A DNA stretch of 61,531 nucleotides, the filler included, from Sphacelaria rigidula (taxonomy: Eukaryota): the NCBI GenBank assembly GCA_964200075.2. It is 7 parts of 7 records of this genome, joined end to end, with 100 filler letters (N's around TTAATTAATTAA, not from the genome) between each part and the next. Parts side by side here need not be neighbours in the genome. Positions count along the whole stretch, not along the records: positions 35,220 to 43,923 come from CAXNAA020010326.1; positions 44,024 to 52,727 come from CAXNAA020010327.1; 5 more parts are not named here. One strand, written 5' to 3'. Positions within the stretch are counted from its first letter, which is position 1; each line of letters starts with the position of its first letter. Shown here in pieces: positions 37,530-51,000 of this stretch. The position numbers and the translations under genes are program-made. The notes beneath the pieces are model-generated. The model was not told where the DNA came from. It worked only from the letters and a program-made list of their open reading frames with translations, and made no database searches.

Positions 37530-38470
37530 TACGAGCTGGGCCAGTCAAGAAGCGCATCGGTAGGTTGGAGGCAGATTCTCACGTCAGGTTTGAGAGTTTA
37601 CAGTTGAAAATACGGTTCAGACAATCATTGGTGCATGCGCAAAACAAAGTTTTGCGACCCTGAGACCACGTTTCATGAGTTCAGAGCAAAACAACAAGCT
37701 CAACGTTTCACAAATACGTGCCTGACCAATGAAAGGAAAATCTCAAGGTGCCAAAATGTTATTCCGTATCATTCCTCGGCAATTCTCGATACGACAGTTT
37801 CAAGTGCACTTGTCACAACTTCGTTGAGGAATCCAGACTCACAGGCTGGTACAGCCTACAAACGAAGCTGCATGTATTAGGCCGTACAGCAAACACATTT
37901 TTGAGTGTTGTGCTTCAATCTTTTGTGTAGAGAATCGCAAGGGCATATCGAAGGGAAGAGGCGATTCTGAAGCACATTGATACTTTGTTTGTTTCATGAA
38001 TTGATGATACTTTGGTGTCATGAAGACATTTTGGGATGAGAACGTCCTGAACTCGGTAAAAATTGGAATACACTCAAGGTCCCGACCGTTTTGTTTGTGT
38101 AATGCCCTTGGAGTTCTCGATACGAAATTTGTATCACACCTCGCGTAATTGCTGATAAGTTTAGTGTGCAATGAGTTCGTAAGTCTTCAAGGAAGAAAAT
38201 CTTGATGTCTAGAATGTGTTTTTTCTTTGGTTGAAATTCTTCATGCATATTCGAGGGCGAAGTTCTCAAAACTGACACACGAACTCCAGATTTAGTGCAT
38301 CTTGTGTGTTCAGGGCGCCTCCTCGTAACGTGTTGAGTTTGGGGTGGAATTATGATGTTCATCATATTTGCTTTTTGCTTTTCTTGTATCGTGTCTATAT
38401 GAATTATTCATGGGTCCGATTTATTTCCATGAGTTTTTCATTTCACCCTAGCTTGAGGTAGTTAGCCTGT
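37530..38470. mobile_element. Non-autonomous TACGAGCTGGGCCAG-family element (right end not found)
   Basis: Terminus at 37530; interior similar to 851-930 and 1466-1660. Confidence 0.5.
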
Positions 38471-39201
38471 AACCACGTGAGGCGTCCACATCAGGTGCCC
38501 AGTACATAGTACTGCGCAGGTATAGGAAGGGTTTTGATGTAACGACGACAAAAACATTATATCTGTAGATTGCGGATCACCTGAGCGGGATGGTATCAAT
38601 CATTTCCCCGTGCGAGAGGAAGTGTTCGCAGCAAACCGCCACCCGCTGAGTATATCGCTGGGGCTTTGGCGAAGACTTCGGCAGATGGATGTCTTCGTAT
38701 GTGACGGGATTCACTCGACATGGTGTTCCATCAAGAACAATTTACGAGGTGTTTCAGCTGAAGGGCGTCTGTTGCCCCTTAATTATGCGATTACTGCAGT
38801 AACATGTGCGGATCATGATTCACTTCATTTGTGTCGATGATGTATGGCTGCTAGAGCTTGAGTGTGTATTACGCTGGCCCACCTGGCCCACCTCGTAGTC
38901 TTCCCGCGAGAGATGCTTTCCACACCTGACTGTGAAATAAAAGAACAAACTCTTCCCGAAGAAATCAAAGTCGGAGCATGGGGTAATCAAACACGCCTCT
39001 AATAAGTACGATGCAAACAGCTGTATAGGCAGTAGGTGAAGTATAGCTTGACACAGTAGGGTACATAGCACCCAGTATGCAATGCAACCCATGCCGCTGT
39101 GCAACGATGCAGCCAATACACATAGCTGTAGCACACAGGTGTAAAGTAAATCCATGCATAGGCAAGCGGCAGCAGGATACAGTGCAATGTATGCGATACA
39201 G

Positions 39202-39262
39202 CCACACATTTAGAGCACTCTAACCACACATTTAGAGCACTCTAGCCACACATTTAGAGCAG
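39202..39262. repeat. ~21-bp minisatellite (CCACACATTTAGAGCACTCTA), about 3 copies
   Basis: Directly visible. Confidence 0.9.
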
Positions 39263-39675
39263 TCTCAACTACTATAGATGACTCCAGACGATGGGCAGTA
39301 CAGCGGCCGCTGTTTCCTACACCAAGTAAACCATGGTCAGTACCACGGCGAGCGGGCGTCGTCTTGGTGTGAACGCGCTGAGCGCTGTTCAGTCCTTGAG
39401 CAAAGATTCTAGATTCTTATTCCAAGGATGACGTCACTGTCCGACCTCGTTGCAGTGTTCGGAATATACGAATTAGCCTCAACATGAGAATCGTAAGAAA
39501 ATGTCATTATTCGAAGGAATCGAACTGCAGTTTGACTTGGCATTTTCACCTTTGAGTCACACAAGATGTTATTACCGCGGGGTTTGGATAATGTTTTCAT
39601 ACGTCGGACAAGCACGAGTGTGACTCGTGGCACTCACACTCGTTGGGCTGCTCGTTGTCCGTACAAATTAATAAA

Positions 39676-39843
39676 GCGAGCACTCGAGTCATTGCTCTTT
39701 GTGGAAAAAAATAATAGGGTAAGCACTCGAGTCATTACTCGTTGTGGAAACAAACTAATAGGGCAAGCACTCGAGTCATTGTTTGTTGTTGAAAAATATT
39801 TATAGGGCGAGCACTCGAGTCATTGCTCGTTGTGGAAAATATT
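39676..39843 (+). repeat. 44-bp tandem array (GCGAGCACTCGAGTCATTGCTCGTTGT...), block 1
   Basis: Four units, each containing the CTCGAG core. Confidence 0.9.
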
Positions 39844-40880
39844 CACCCCTTTGGGACCGGGCCTCCAGAACGACCAATGAGGCTGGTCAGGAATGACGTG
39901 TCTGACGTCGGCACGAAACGGTGGCATGTTGCTGAAAATCCGCGTATGTAACCGCAGGGTTATGGGAAAGACCGAAAGTTTTATCCAAAATATCTTCAGG
40001 TGCAGGGTGCGCATTAGGTAATGTACATCTGATGTACCAAGCAGTATGGGTCGCGGTAGAGAGCTTTCAACAAGATGCGGTGACCGGCGGGTCGCCCGCC
40101 ACTTGTGGCCTTGGATGGTAATGATGTTCCCATCACCTTGCCACACAGCCCTTCGTGGTCGGGTTGGGCCGCCATTTCTCTCTTCGTTGCATTAGACAAA
40201 TTCTCTTCAAAGAGTATGGGCGTTGCTGCACACATACGTACAGTACAGTGTAGTACAGTAAGTGCAGTACGCCTCTCCGACTGCAGCAGCAGCTGCCGCT
40301 GCATACTCCCTTGCACATTCTGGGCAGTTCTCAGCGACGAAAATCAGCTATTTATACACAGCTTGTTCATCCCCGCCCACTACATACATGTTCACAGTCA
40401 TCGGCAGAGGGGTAAGCAGAATAATTCTTGACGGTAGTTCCTTTTGTTTTTCCACGGCCCACCTGAGTTCAGTGCCTCATGAAAATGACCACCTTGCGGC
40501 ATGTACACTCCCTCCCGGTTTTACCACTCCACCCTGTGTGAGTGTAATTACTACGTTTTAGTATAGGCTGGCGGCCCCCCAAAACTCCTGGGAAACCCCG
40601 GGAACGCTATACTGAGTGCAAGTAATACGATAAGCCATGCTCCGAGCATCCTGGCTTTGGAAACCTGGGACGCCTCATCTGGGCCAGGGATAGGGCCCCC
40701 ACACTATCTTTGCGGTGACATCACAATTGACAAAAGTCCCCGCTCTGGTCGTTCGGATCTGGTCTATAAATTTCGCCTCGCCGGGATTGGGCAGGTCGCT
40801 CCCTGACTTGATTGTTTTATTTCACGAAGACATGGTTAACCTCGTGTTAATGGGGGGTCGGTCCCATGCAAAAGGGTCAG

Positions 40881-41140
40881 TAGGGCGAGCACTCGAGTCA
40901 TTGCTCGTTGTCGAAACAAACTAATAGGGCGAACACTCGAGTCATTGCTCGTTGTCGAAACAAACTATTGGGGCGAACACTCGAGTCATTGCTCGCTGGG
41001 GAAACACACTAATACGGCGAGCACTTGAGTCATTGCTTGTTGTAAAAAGAAGTAACGACTCGAGCACACGAGTCATGCTCGTTGTCTTTTCAGGAAACAT
41101 CCACGAGTGTACTCGTTTCGACGAGTAATGACTCGTCCGA
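40881..41140 (+). repeat. 44-bp tandem array, block 2
   Basis: Four to five units of the same consensus, decaying rightwards. Confidence 0.9.
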
Positions 41141-41169
41141 CGTGTGAATGTTCTCATCATACGATATCT

Positions 41170-42130
41170 GCGCTGTATGTTATCAACGCAGATGCGAAAA
41201 TGTCCATCGAAATCAATCGTCGAATGAGCGCGGTGTGGGTGCGTATCCAAAAATATAGCTTCCAACTTTACGACCAATCAAACACCGAGCGATCCTCGCA
41301 AGTTCGACTGCTTGAAGCGGAGGTGGCAAAATCTCTGTTAAATGGATGTGCCACATGGACTCTACTTTGTGAGGACTTCGACAGTCTGCGGACTGTTCAT
41401 CACAAGCCCTCGCTGCGAGTGGTTGGACTCCGCAGGAACGTTCGAAATAGCTACAAGACTAATTCTTGCAGAGCGGTGCTCGAGATGACCAACTGCGAAC
41501 GTATCGAGACGACTGTCTGCCAACGTCAACTCTGGTTCGCGGAAGCCCTTGTGCGACAGAAGAAAACACGCCGTCCTAAGCGCGTCATGAATAATCGCTC
41601 AACCACACGAGGGCCCAAGGAGGCCGGCCGCCCCCCCGAACGATAGGAGGATAACCTCCAGGAGAACCTGCGTGCATTGGGGGCTGTCCCGCACGAGGGA
41701 GCCCGACGGAAATGGTTCGTCTACGGCGTAACGGTTAACGGTGCATACGATTGGGTCACTGCGGCGAGGAACATGGGCAAATAGCATATTAGAGTCGAAA
41801 AAGGAGCGGAAGAGTCGAAGGACACGTGATGACGCGCGGACAAACGAGAATCAGACCGCCGTCACCAACGAGAGGCTCCTGCGTTGAGGGCCGTCAATCG
41901 AAGGATTCTGTCTTCTCATATCTGTTGTTGATCATGTCTTAAGTCGGTGGCTTTGTGGTGCCCTCTGGTGTGTTTTATCTTCTTTGTCGTTCTGTCCGAC
42001 TTTTTCTGTTCTTTCCATTTCTTCAGCATTTTTTTCAGTTTTGGTTTTCGTGGGTACGTCCATCATGTGACCACGGCTGGATCCTTGGCGGTCAGATGAA
42101 GTGTGACTATCAATCAATCAACATAAATCA
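41170..42130 (+). mobile_element. 5'-truncated RTE-clade LINE (post-RT C-terminal region, 3' UTR, (CAAT)n tail)
   Basis: EINRRM..LLNGCATWTL..IETTVCQRQLWFAEALVR..RRPKRVM, typical of the RTE C-terminal region (LLYGCETW, RxLRWxGHxxR, RLPKxxL). Confidence 0.9.
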
Positions 42131-42225
42131 AAGTTATGTGTAGTTGACGGTACGGTTCGGCGTGGTACGCGTAATCTGTGCTACGGGAGGGTACGGCACT
42201 GTACCAGAGATTCGTGATGTGGTTC

Positions 42226-43625
42226 TTATCGAAATGTGATATTCGATCTTGCCGTTTCCAGGTAATGGTAGGGGGTTGGATTTGCGCATTTGTACAAAAA
42301 TGATGGAACTTTTCGATATAATGTAATCCTAAGCGGAGGAATATCCGGATTGCAGGAAGTTGCCTGATTTGTAATATTTTGCTGGGGGTCCCCGTCCTGA
42401 CCTTTCCTCACCCATCGGAAACATGTATTTCTACACCAGGGAACGTGTTGTGCCGCTTGTGACGGAATGTTGATGCTCGCTTGGTTCTGTAGCTGCTTTT
42501 CAAGGCCCGTCTTCATGTATGAAATACGTTTGCCACCGCTTGCTAACGAGTGTTCCCTCTTTCTCACGGTTACATCTTCCGCGTAAGTGTCGTTCATAGC
42601 AGCTCAACACATGATACTTTGTTTCTCCCTCGTGGGTTGAATTGGGGGTAGCTTCGTTTCCTATTTCGAAAATATCACAGTTTTACCTCCAATACACTGT
42701 TCCATCTCGTGCTCCAGCACTCTCAACAATTGCGGAATGTTCTTGAGTACACGTCTAAATGGGAATATACGTGATCTAGCACGTCGTGTTTTGATCCTGA
42801 GAGTTCATGCACTCATATTTGGGGAATATTCCACAGCTATGAGTGTCACTCCAGCTCTGCCCCAGATCGAAGATGCACTGAAACCTGCGTTTGCATTATT
42901 TATTTTTATTGTGAAACATTACCTTAATTCAATTGCTCCGCAGCAGGATATTGTCATCTCCATCGGGAATGACACCGTCAAATATTTCGTGCATTGTGTC
43001 CACGTCACAACTGTGACACCGAAGCAGACACGATTGAAAGTACGCACTGCGGCTTTATTTCCCTGTAGGCACACAACTTCGCACATTCGCCGTCCGCATG
43101 GCTGCCGCTACCCTCCGTCCAGTGCAATACGCGGCTATTGTGCAGTAGGCGACCGATTTGTAGATGTATGAGCACGCCCAGGACTCCTTGTGTCCGCATT
43201 CTGGCGTTGTATCAGAATACTTCCGGGACTTTCGACTTCTGTGTTTGAGTTTATTCCGCCCAGTCAAAGCGTTACAGGTATCATCTTGTAGACCCTCCAC
43301 GTGAGGGGGAAGCGACGGAGTGACGTGTCCGAGAGTCGAAGCTCGATAGCGGGTTGCTGATCTAATCACAGCTTCGCGTTATATTTTCGCCTCGTGAGTG
43401 CCGTACGACGGGTATAGTAGCATGCACGGTCCCACTGCCATTGCCCACCATCACACCCTGTGTAGTGCACCCTTTGTCTACCCGCACAAGGTTAGGGGGT
43501 TTTTCCCAACAGTTCATAGGGCGGTGTTTGCCAGCAGTGCATGGCAGTACGTTCGACACGTGAAAATTCATTGTATGCTCCCCATCTTCACAGTAACCGC
43601 CTGAAGTGTACTTTCGGCGCCACTT
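42226..43625 (-). mobile_element. Heavily degraded Ty3/Gypsy internal region
   Basis: PBS-like TGGCGCCGAAAG at 43622-43611; GVIPDGDDNILL resembles AVMPGNDDVVLCG of the element at 6532-7965; many stops. Confidence 0.45.
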
Positions 43626-43923
43626 GATAATTGCTGGGGTATATCGATCACATAAGCTGATTGTCTAGCCTATATAACCCCCGATCCAAGGGGAGAAAAA
43701 CAGAGTTGTCACGGACGCTTCGTGTGTTGAGCAAATCTGGCAAGCAGGAACAATACCAGTGACTTTGGTGCTGTAAGAGTCTGGATATATTTCATTTTCC
43801 CCCCTTGCTCCGTCTCGAAAGGGATGCGTGGTCAATGGTCAAATGACTAAGGCAAGCAAGAAATGAGTACGCACAGAAACCACACCACCCACCCACACCA
43901 CACCCGCACCCACCCGACAGCAC

Positions 43924-44023
43924 NNNNNNNNNNNNNNNNNNNNNNNNNNNNNNNNNNNNNNNNNNNNTTAATTAATTAANNNNNNNNNNNNNNNNNNNNN
44001 NNNNNNNNNNNNNNNNNNNNNNN
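43924..44023. other. Artificial scaffold linker
   Basis: 44N-TTAATTAATTAA-44N. Confidence 0.99.
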
Positions 44024-44095
44024 CTCCAGGAATCGAACCCCCCAACTCAACCATCAGAAGGTTACGAGGTTACCAACTGAGCCACAGTACGGGCG
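44024..44095 (-). mobile_element. tRNA-derived SINE head (cut by scaffold end)
   Basis: TGGCTCAGTTGG (A box) and GGTTCGATTCC (B box) on the minus strand; no convincing cloverleaf. Confidence 0.6.
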
Positions 44096-44811
44096 AAAAT
44101 ATCAACAGAAACACAGACAAAGCCCGTGACGACGGACAGGAGAAAAGAACCCTACTAGAGATTAGGTGAGCAGGGGAGGATTCCAAAGTTTGACTACAGT
44201 GATCCGACCATAGCGGCACGCGGGCGTTTCTGAGCCAAGCGACGGAATAAAGTCTCTTCCTGCTCTCAAACTGCAAGAAACGCAAAGGAAAAGCAGCTGC
44301 GTGAAAGGCACTGACAGTGCACCTAACACGCACTACAGTACATGCAAAAAAAGTTTGTTCATGCAAGAGTAAGAACATAAAGCGAACTCGACGCTCTTCC
44401 GACCGGGTGACTTACAAATGCTCATCAGTGCCATCGCCGACACGGGTATGAATACACCATCCACTCCGTAAGAGGCTGCCATCAAAAGAAGCAGAAGTCC
44501 AGTTGCGTGTGACGTCCACTTCAGGGCGCCCACGCGACCCAGCCGGTGTTCAGAGCACAGCCAAAGTCCGCCGATGAATCCTGGTATAACGGCAAGCGCA
44601 ATCGAGTGTGTCTCCTACTTCTAGGCGGAACGCTTCGGGCTGCTGCATATCTGAGCCAAGGACGGATGTATCTGTACTCATCTCAATAGAGATCTCCTTC
44701 ATTTCAAAGCGCAGGAGAGGGATGCTACGAAACTCCTGCATCCGCTGCGGAAAAACATCATGATCGTGAGAGAGTGGTGGGGCCACAGCGCTACATCGTG
44801 GCGTTGTACCG

Positions 44812-44921
44812 CACGGGTGGCCACTGGGGTGCCTGTAACCTCAAATTTGGACGTTACAGACGTTACAAAAGGTCTGTAACGTCCAAATTTGAGGTTACAG
44901 GCACCCCAGTGGCCACTCGTG
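44812..44921. mobile_element. 110-bp near-perfect hairpin MITE with CAC...GTG ends
   Basis: 50-bp arms with one mismatch and a 10-nt loop; CG on both flanks. Confidence 0.8.
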
Positions 44922-47900
44922 CGTGTTCTATGTGACCGTTCTACTGTCACGCCGTTGCCGTTCTCACGTGTTGTCGTGCGGTGAGATTGTTGCCGTTTCA
45001 CCGAACGGGTAACTTCTACTTGTACAGCTTGCAGTTTACATGGGTACTTTGCAGCGACCGTTGTACCGTTACGCCGTTGTACGCAACCGTTACATCCGCC
45101 TGTCTACATCGCACAGTGATATTATATCATTGTACCGTTTCATGAGAATTTTCCAGCACGAAAATTCGCGCCCGAACGTTTTCTCACCGGGAATGTAGAG
45201 GATTCCAACGAGACCAGTGAGCACGAAGGTGAAGTTTGAGTTCCCCTCGTCAGCAGCAGCGTAGTACCGTGGCAGTAGGAGCACGATTCCATAGTAGCTG
45301 TTGGATAGCCGACAAGCAAGGTCAGAGGACGTTCCATTTCAAGAGTGTTGTTCTTGTTATGTGAGTACTCGTCTTGTCATGACAGTGAGAGTTAGTCTCG
45401 TTATGAGTGTCGGTCTCGTCGAAAAAGTGTTATTTTCATCCCAAGAGCATGTCCTCATTGCTATTGCTTCTATTGCTTCGTGAAGAGATGCTGTTTCCCA
45501 CTCTGAGAGCGCCACTTCACCTCTGAGAGACCTGTCTCTGCTTTCGAGGGCCATGCCCATATTGTCTGAGTGCCCGTCTCGTTACGACGCTATTTACTCT
45601 CTCGCCAACGAACTGACTTTGATGCACCCCCTTTTCTTCGGCATTCCGTTTTCGCCACACGGCGGAAACCCTTCGGGGGGAGCTTCCTGCAACATGTATC
45701 AGATCGCAGCCTGACCGAGCATTTGTCGATCATGTGGTAATTTGACTCATGAGGAACAGACTAAGATTCAAGATACTTTTACTAGATCGTTGGTACAAAA
45801 TGCGGCGGGTTAGTCGATGCGAAACGGTACTGTTCAGATTGATTGTGAGAACGTTCTTACAGGTGTTTCCCCATTTTTGTTCTCAAATTGGCTATGATTT
45901 ATTAAAGGGTGAAACACAGAGTTCTCTTGTGTTACCCTGTACGCTTCAGCTTGATAGAAAGTACGGAGAGTTGTCTCAACGTGTGCTGTGCGTTCTCGAT
46001 TGGAAGAAATAAGAGACGTTTCTCTTATTTCACGAAGGAGCTGATGGAGATGCGTTCCCGCACCCCACGCCCCTCCGTAGTCAGTGTGTGTGTATGTTTC
46101 CCCTTTCTTATACCGGTGGTGTTCAACGCGATAAAATAGATATCTACATACCTCTGTTTGATCGACTTCCATATCTCGACTACTGGTGTTGTACGAGCTG
46201 ACTTCTACTTTTTGGTCAAACGATCAGTGCTGCATAAAACCAGTGCATGCCAAGGGTATATCGACCGCATTTGTTTTCTTTTTATGCGCTCTCCTTCCTT
46301 CTTGAACTTAGCTCCGTCTTCTTCACTCCGTCTGCTTGTTCGTTCTTTCAAATCGATCAATATTACCCCTCTCTCGAGTTTCCCCATCGCGAATGTTTCC
46401 CGCTCATTTGCTGTACTTCACGCACATCTATCTCGTGAGCACGGGTGGATTCGAAGTGAATGCGCGATAGTCAGTCAATAAATCTAGTGGTCAATTTGGC
46501 AAAAATGGGACCAGCTGCAGTGTACAATCTGCCGTGTACGCCAGAGGTAAGCGCTAGCCAACGCAAAACACTCAACAGCGGCGACGAGTACTCCGTATGC
46601 ATGGTGCATCTGAACGTCGCACTTCCCGTGCGTAAAAAATAGGGCTCGTGCTGCTTGCACACAAGCGTAAGTGAGAATAGGCTAGTGAAACACGCGTAGC
46701 AGCACTTATTTTCCTGAAACTTCGTCCTCGATGCAGAACGCGGGCAGACGAAAGCCACGAGTCTCAACGATAACAACCAGCGCATACGTCAAACACAGAA
46801 CGAGAGCTGTTCCGCTAGAAACAAGTGAAAAAAACAGAGCACCACAGCAAGTCACTACTTTGCTGTCCTCACCTGAAATTTTCGAAAAACCACACCGCCC
46901 ACCTGTTTTTACAACAACATCGGCAGCAACGACAGCAACAACGATAACAACCACGACAAGGAGCAAATGCGAAGACGCAACGGCAAAAGACGGGAGCGTC
47001 AGTCACCATTGGGGAGGCAGTTTTTACATGCGCAACACAAGCCATCACTACGGCAAAAACCACGTCCACCAGAACAAACTAAGCAGCAAGAGCGGCAGAA
47101 GACTCCGCCCCTGGCAGTCCAACTTGTGCTGTACTACACTGCACGGTACTGGACAGAAGGAATTGTTATTCAAGGCGGGAGGGCGTGGCTTCGAAACCCG
47201 TACGAGTTTCCAGCAGGACCTGGTTTCCGCCTGTGAGGACGTGAAGGCGCAAGCAGGGAATATAATTTGACAATTGTTCAGGAAGCGAACCGTGTACCCA
47301 TTAAACCAGTGAGCGCTCTCTGGTTCAGCGGGTACACTGTTTACTTCCTGATCATGGTCGACGGGGTTCGGGAGTGCCGATCCGATCAGCAACACCCAAA
47401 TGTCAACCATGTACCGGGATAAAAAAAACAGGGTTCATTTGCAACCACGGACTTGTCCGGGTGAAGGAAATGCGCTCAAGTATGACGGGAAAAAATAAGC
47501 CCCCTGAGACGAGGTCGTCTTTCATGCATCTGCTCGACGCTCCGCACGGTCCCCATCCAGGAAACGGACACATGTGAGCGAGAAATTGTTGACCTACAGC
47601 ACGCACAAACACACGAGCACAAACATGGTGAGTTTTGGTGCCTGTGTGTGTTGTTATTTTCTGTCTTGGTTTTCGCGCGTTTTTACCTCTCCTACCGCTG
47701 ACCCAGCTCGTAGCCCCTCATCACTCAGTCAATGACACAACCAACGGCTTAGTGTATGCAATCATCTTTTCAGCAGCGCACTCATCATACACGATGTTTG
47801 CTGGCAATATTCAAACCTGTACTTACAGACACAGCGTCACCCGGCGCAGGATGGGAGTATGAAACAGCTCACGTACATCTCCTGCTACAGTCCCCCCCCC

Positions 47901-48074
47901 TTCCGAACCTTGGGCCCCACCAACACTGTCATCGCTTCTTCCGCTGTAAGGGGCTACGCTTCCGGGTAGCTTGGGGACCGCCATTTGTACTAGTAGCAGT
48001 GAACACCATTACGCGAATGTTCGAGGGGTGGAAGAGAGCGGTGTGAGATAGGATATGCGTAAGCGGGAGCATCG

Positions 48075-51000
48075 ATTGATCCATTGATTGATTGTAGCAC
48101 ATTAAGTGATCCCCTACGTATCTAGCAGTCGTCATTATCCACAAGATAGACGTACCCAGGGTATTGTTAACGAAGCGGGAATACTCGCTGAGGAGAAGTG
48201 AAGAAGCAGAAATATTGCAGGCAGAATAGGCTTTAAAACAAGACCCAAACAAAACACAACAAAGACAAGGCAAAAACATGGCTTCAGGTGGCATAGGTTT
48301 GGCGCAAGGAACAGATCCGTTATACCCGAATGAAAAAAAACAGCTGTGGGAAAATGTGGCGCCTCGCCTCATCTATTTTGGCCACACTTTTGTGGGTATG
48401 AACGCTCAGCCATGACACTTGCGGAAGCAAGGCACCAAACTACGACATGCATACACGGGGAGGGAAGAAGCACACAGACAGAGAGAGAGGGGGGAAGGGG
48501 GAAGAAGGGACAGGGAAGGAGACTACGGGGAAGTTGAGCTCCAGGACAGTACAGTAGAGCAGGTACAACGCACAACCACCGAACACCGCAAGACCAGTGA
48601 CCGAGGACCAAATCGACAATTGTTAGGAAATGATTAGGGTAAATCAGTTGTGTGTTAATCCCTCTACCCCCACTCATCCCTGGTCGGGTACAAAGCAGGT
48701 CATTGTCTGGGTCACTCCCATCCGGGGTTCCCCGCGAGCTGTTGTTGTGTCAGCGGTGGCAACTCTCCGATTGGCGGCTGTCGGCGCAGCAGCTCACGTT
48801 TGTGGCGGAGTCCGAGTCGCATTGTCGCATCCCACGTCACCTCGAACTCTTCCGCCCCTTTCTCGACTCCAAGGTGCCAGCTGCTCATGTACTTCGCCGC
48901 AGTGACCCAACCGTGTGCGTTTTTGACCTCCACCGTGTAGACGAACCATCTCCGTCGTGAGCTTTTGCAGGAATGGCCTCTGATGCGCGCAGGTTCTAGT
49001 GGACCTTGTACCCCAGTGTTCAGGGGGCGGTCAGCCTCCTTGGGCCGTTGTGCGGCTAACCGTCGAACCATGGTGCATTTTGGAAGACGTGTTTCATCCT
49101 GCCCGACAAGAACCCCCGCGAACCACAGTCAGTGCTTGCGGATTGTGTCTTGATACGTTCACAGTCGGTCATCCCGAGCACATCTCTGTATGAAAGATTC
49201 TTGTGACCCCATCGGTGTTCCCCGCCAAATCTAGCCACTCGCAGCAAAGCTTATCGGGATCAAGGCGCAAACTCTCAAAGTCTTCGGAACGCAGCGTCCA
49301 CGTAGCACATCCGTATGACAGAGCTTCAACGCCTCCGGTTCGAGCAGCCGGAGTTTTAGAGATAGCTCGGCGTTGCATCGATTGTCGAGTCGGGAACTAC
49401 ACTTTTGGAGGCGTGCCCACGCAGCGCTGATGTGGCGGTTAACTTCGACGGAAGCATTTTCAACCGCGCTGATAACACCACGAAGGTAGACAAACTCGGG
49501 CGTCTACTTATACCGTTGACCTGCCGCGCTGATGCGCAGGCGGTCTCTGCGGAGCTGGGTACTAACCAAAGGCGCATGGACTTTGCCCTACTCTCCGATA
49601 CTGTCTATCTGAACTCCTGAGAGACAACCACTACCGCGACCATCTAGCAAGTCCGCCTGGGGACCTCGAGTCTATGCCTGCGTCATGCACGTATAACATT
49701 GCCCACACCACGCGTCGTGCATTCTGCAGCGGCGTCTCTACTTTCAGAAGTTCACCACCATCACGTTTGTGCGCATCATCAAGAAATACCAAGTCTGAGA
49801 CGGTGGCTGAGTTTGCCGCGAACCGCGGTACGATCATGTCGACCGAGGCTGCGCCGAAGATGCTGAACAGTAGGGGGGATGAGACGCACTCGTGTCTTGA
49901 GTTCCCAGCAGACGTGGAACCACGCTGATAGTTTGTCATCACCTAAGTGTACCCGAGCTCGCATGTCGTCTAGAAACATACCGGTGACCGTGATCATTCG
50001 CGGCGGGACTCCGAACCAGCTAAGCACTTCCACAGGAGCGTGGAGTTTACAAAATCGTGAGCCTTCTGCAGATCGATGAAGCACATGTTTAGTGGGAAAC
50101 CAACTCGTGTAGTCGGCATGCCACGAACATCATGCCCGTGGTCGACCGTTGGTGTCAGAATCCGCATTGCTTTTCTGGAAAAAGCCTTGCCTCCTCGCAG
50201 AAACTGCCAAGCCTGTCGGCTACGAGTTTGAGTAAAGCTTTACCCGCATGTGCCACGAGTGAGACGCCCCTGTAGTTACCACACTCGGCCCTATCCTTGT
50301 TTTCGTTTATAGCTTTGATAGCGGTCAGATGTCCAAGCTGCAACCATGTCGCTGTGGAAGTGGCACCGAAGATCCCAAGCCCCCCCGATCAGTGCAAAGA
50401 TTAGAAGTTCAGCAGATAGACCATCCGGACCCGTCGCTTTGTCGGTCGCCATAGCTCTCAGAGCCTCGTCAGCTTCACTTGGGCCTGGCGGATCTGGCCA
50501 AGTGGCAATGTTATCGGTCGTTGCGCATTTTTCTCGATGACATCTTGATCGATAGTTGCCGTTCCCATCTCTCAAAGATTGGGCCTTCGTCTGGCAGTAG
50601 ATTCCCGCCTCGTCTCTCGTACACTGTTCGCTCTTTACGTTTCGTCCTGTCAGACTCCACCCGCCATTCAGGTGTCTGTATCATCCTCTCACGTCCTCAA
50701 TTCTAGTATATTACTCCAACTCCCTATCATAGCATACACATCCAGGTATCTGTCCACCACACCGTGGATCACCTCTTCGAATTTTCTGCACGTTGCTCGC
50801 AATGTGAGTCATGCCGATTTATCCCTAGCTTTCTCTCTTGACCCCAGTCGCACCGTCGACCTCGCCCTTCCCCTCTCATTCCAGACCTGATCGAACTCCG
50901 TTCGGATGGCAGGATCCTCGAACCACCCCGGTATACATGACTTTCGGGTCTGATAAGGCACCACCTCCTGAGCGGAACTCACGGGTGCGTCGGCAAAGTT

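Noticed and set aside
39676-41140. CRISPR-like array (hairpin repeats at regular spacing)
   Set aside because: Inter-core segments are short and homologous to each other rather than unique spacers; no cas genes; eukaryotic context.
44024-44095. tRNA gene
   Set aside because: A and B boxes are present but there is no convincing anticodon or acceptor stem; treated as a SINE head, as at 11720-11792.
46731-47270. 179-aa ORF
   Set aside because: No recognisable domain, partly (ACA)n low complexity, and no phase-consistent exon chain found.
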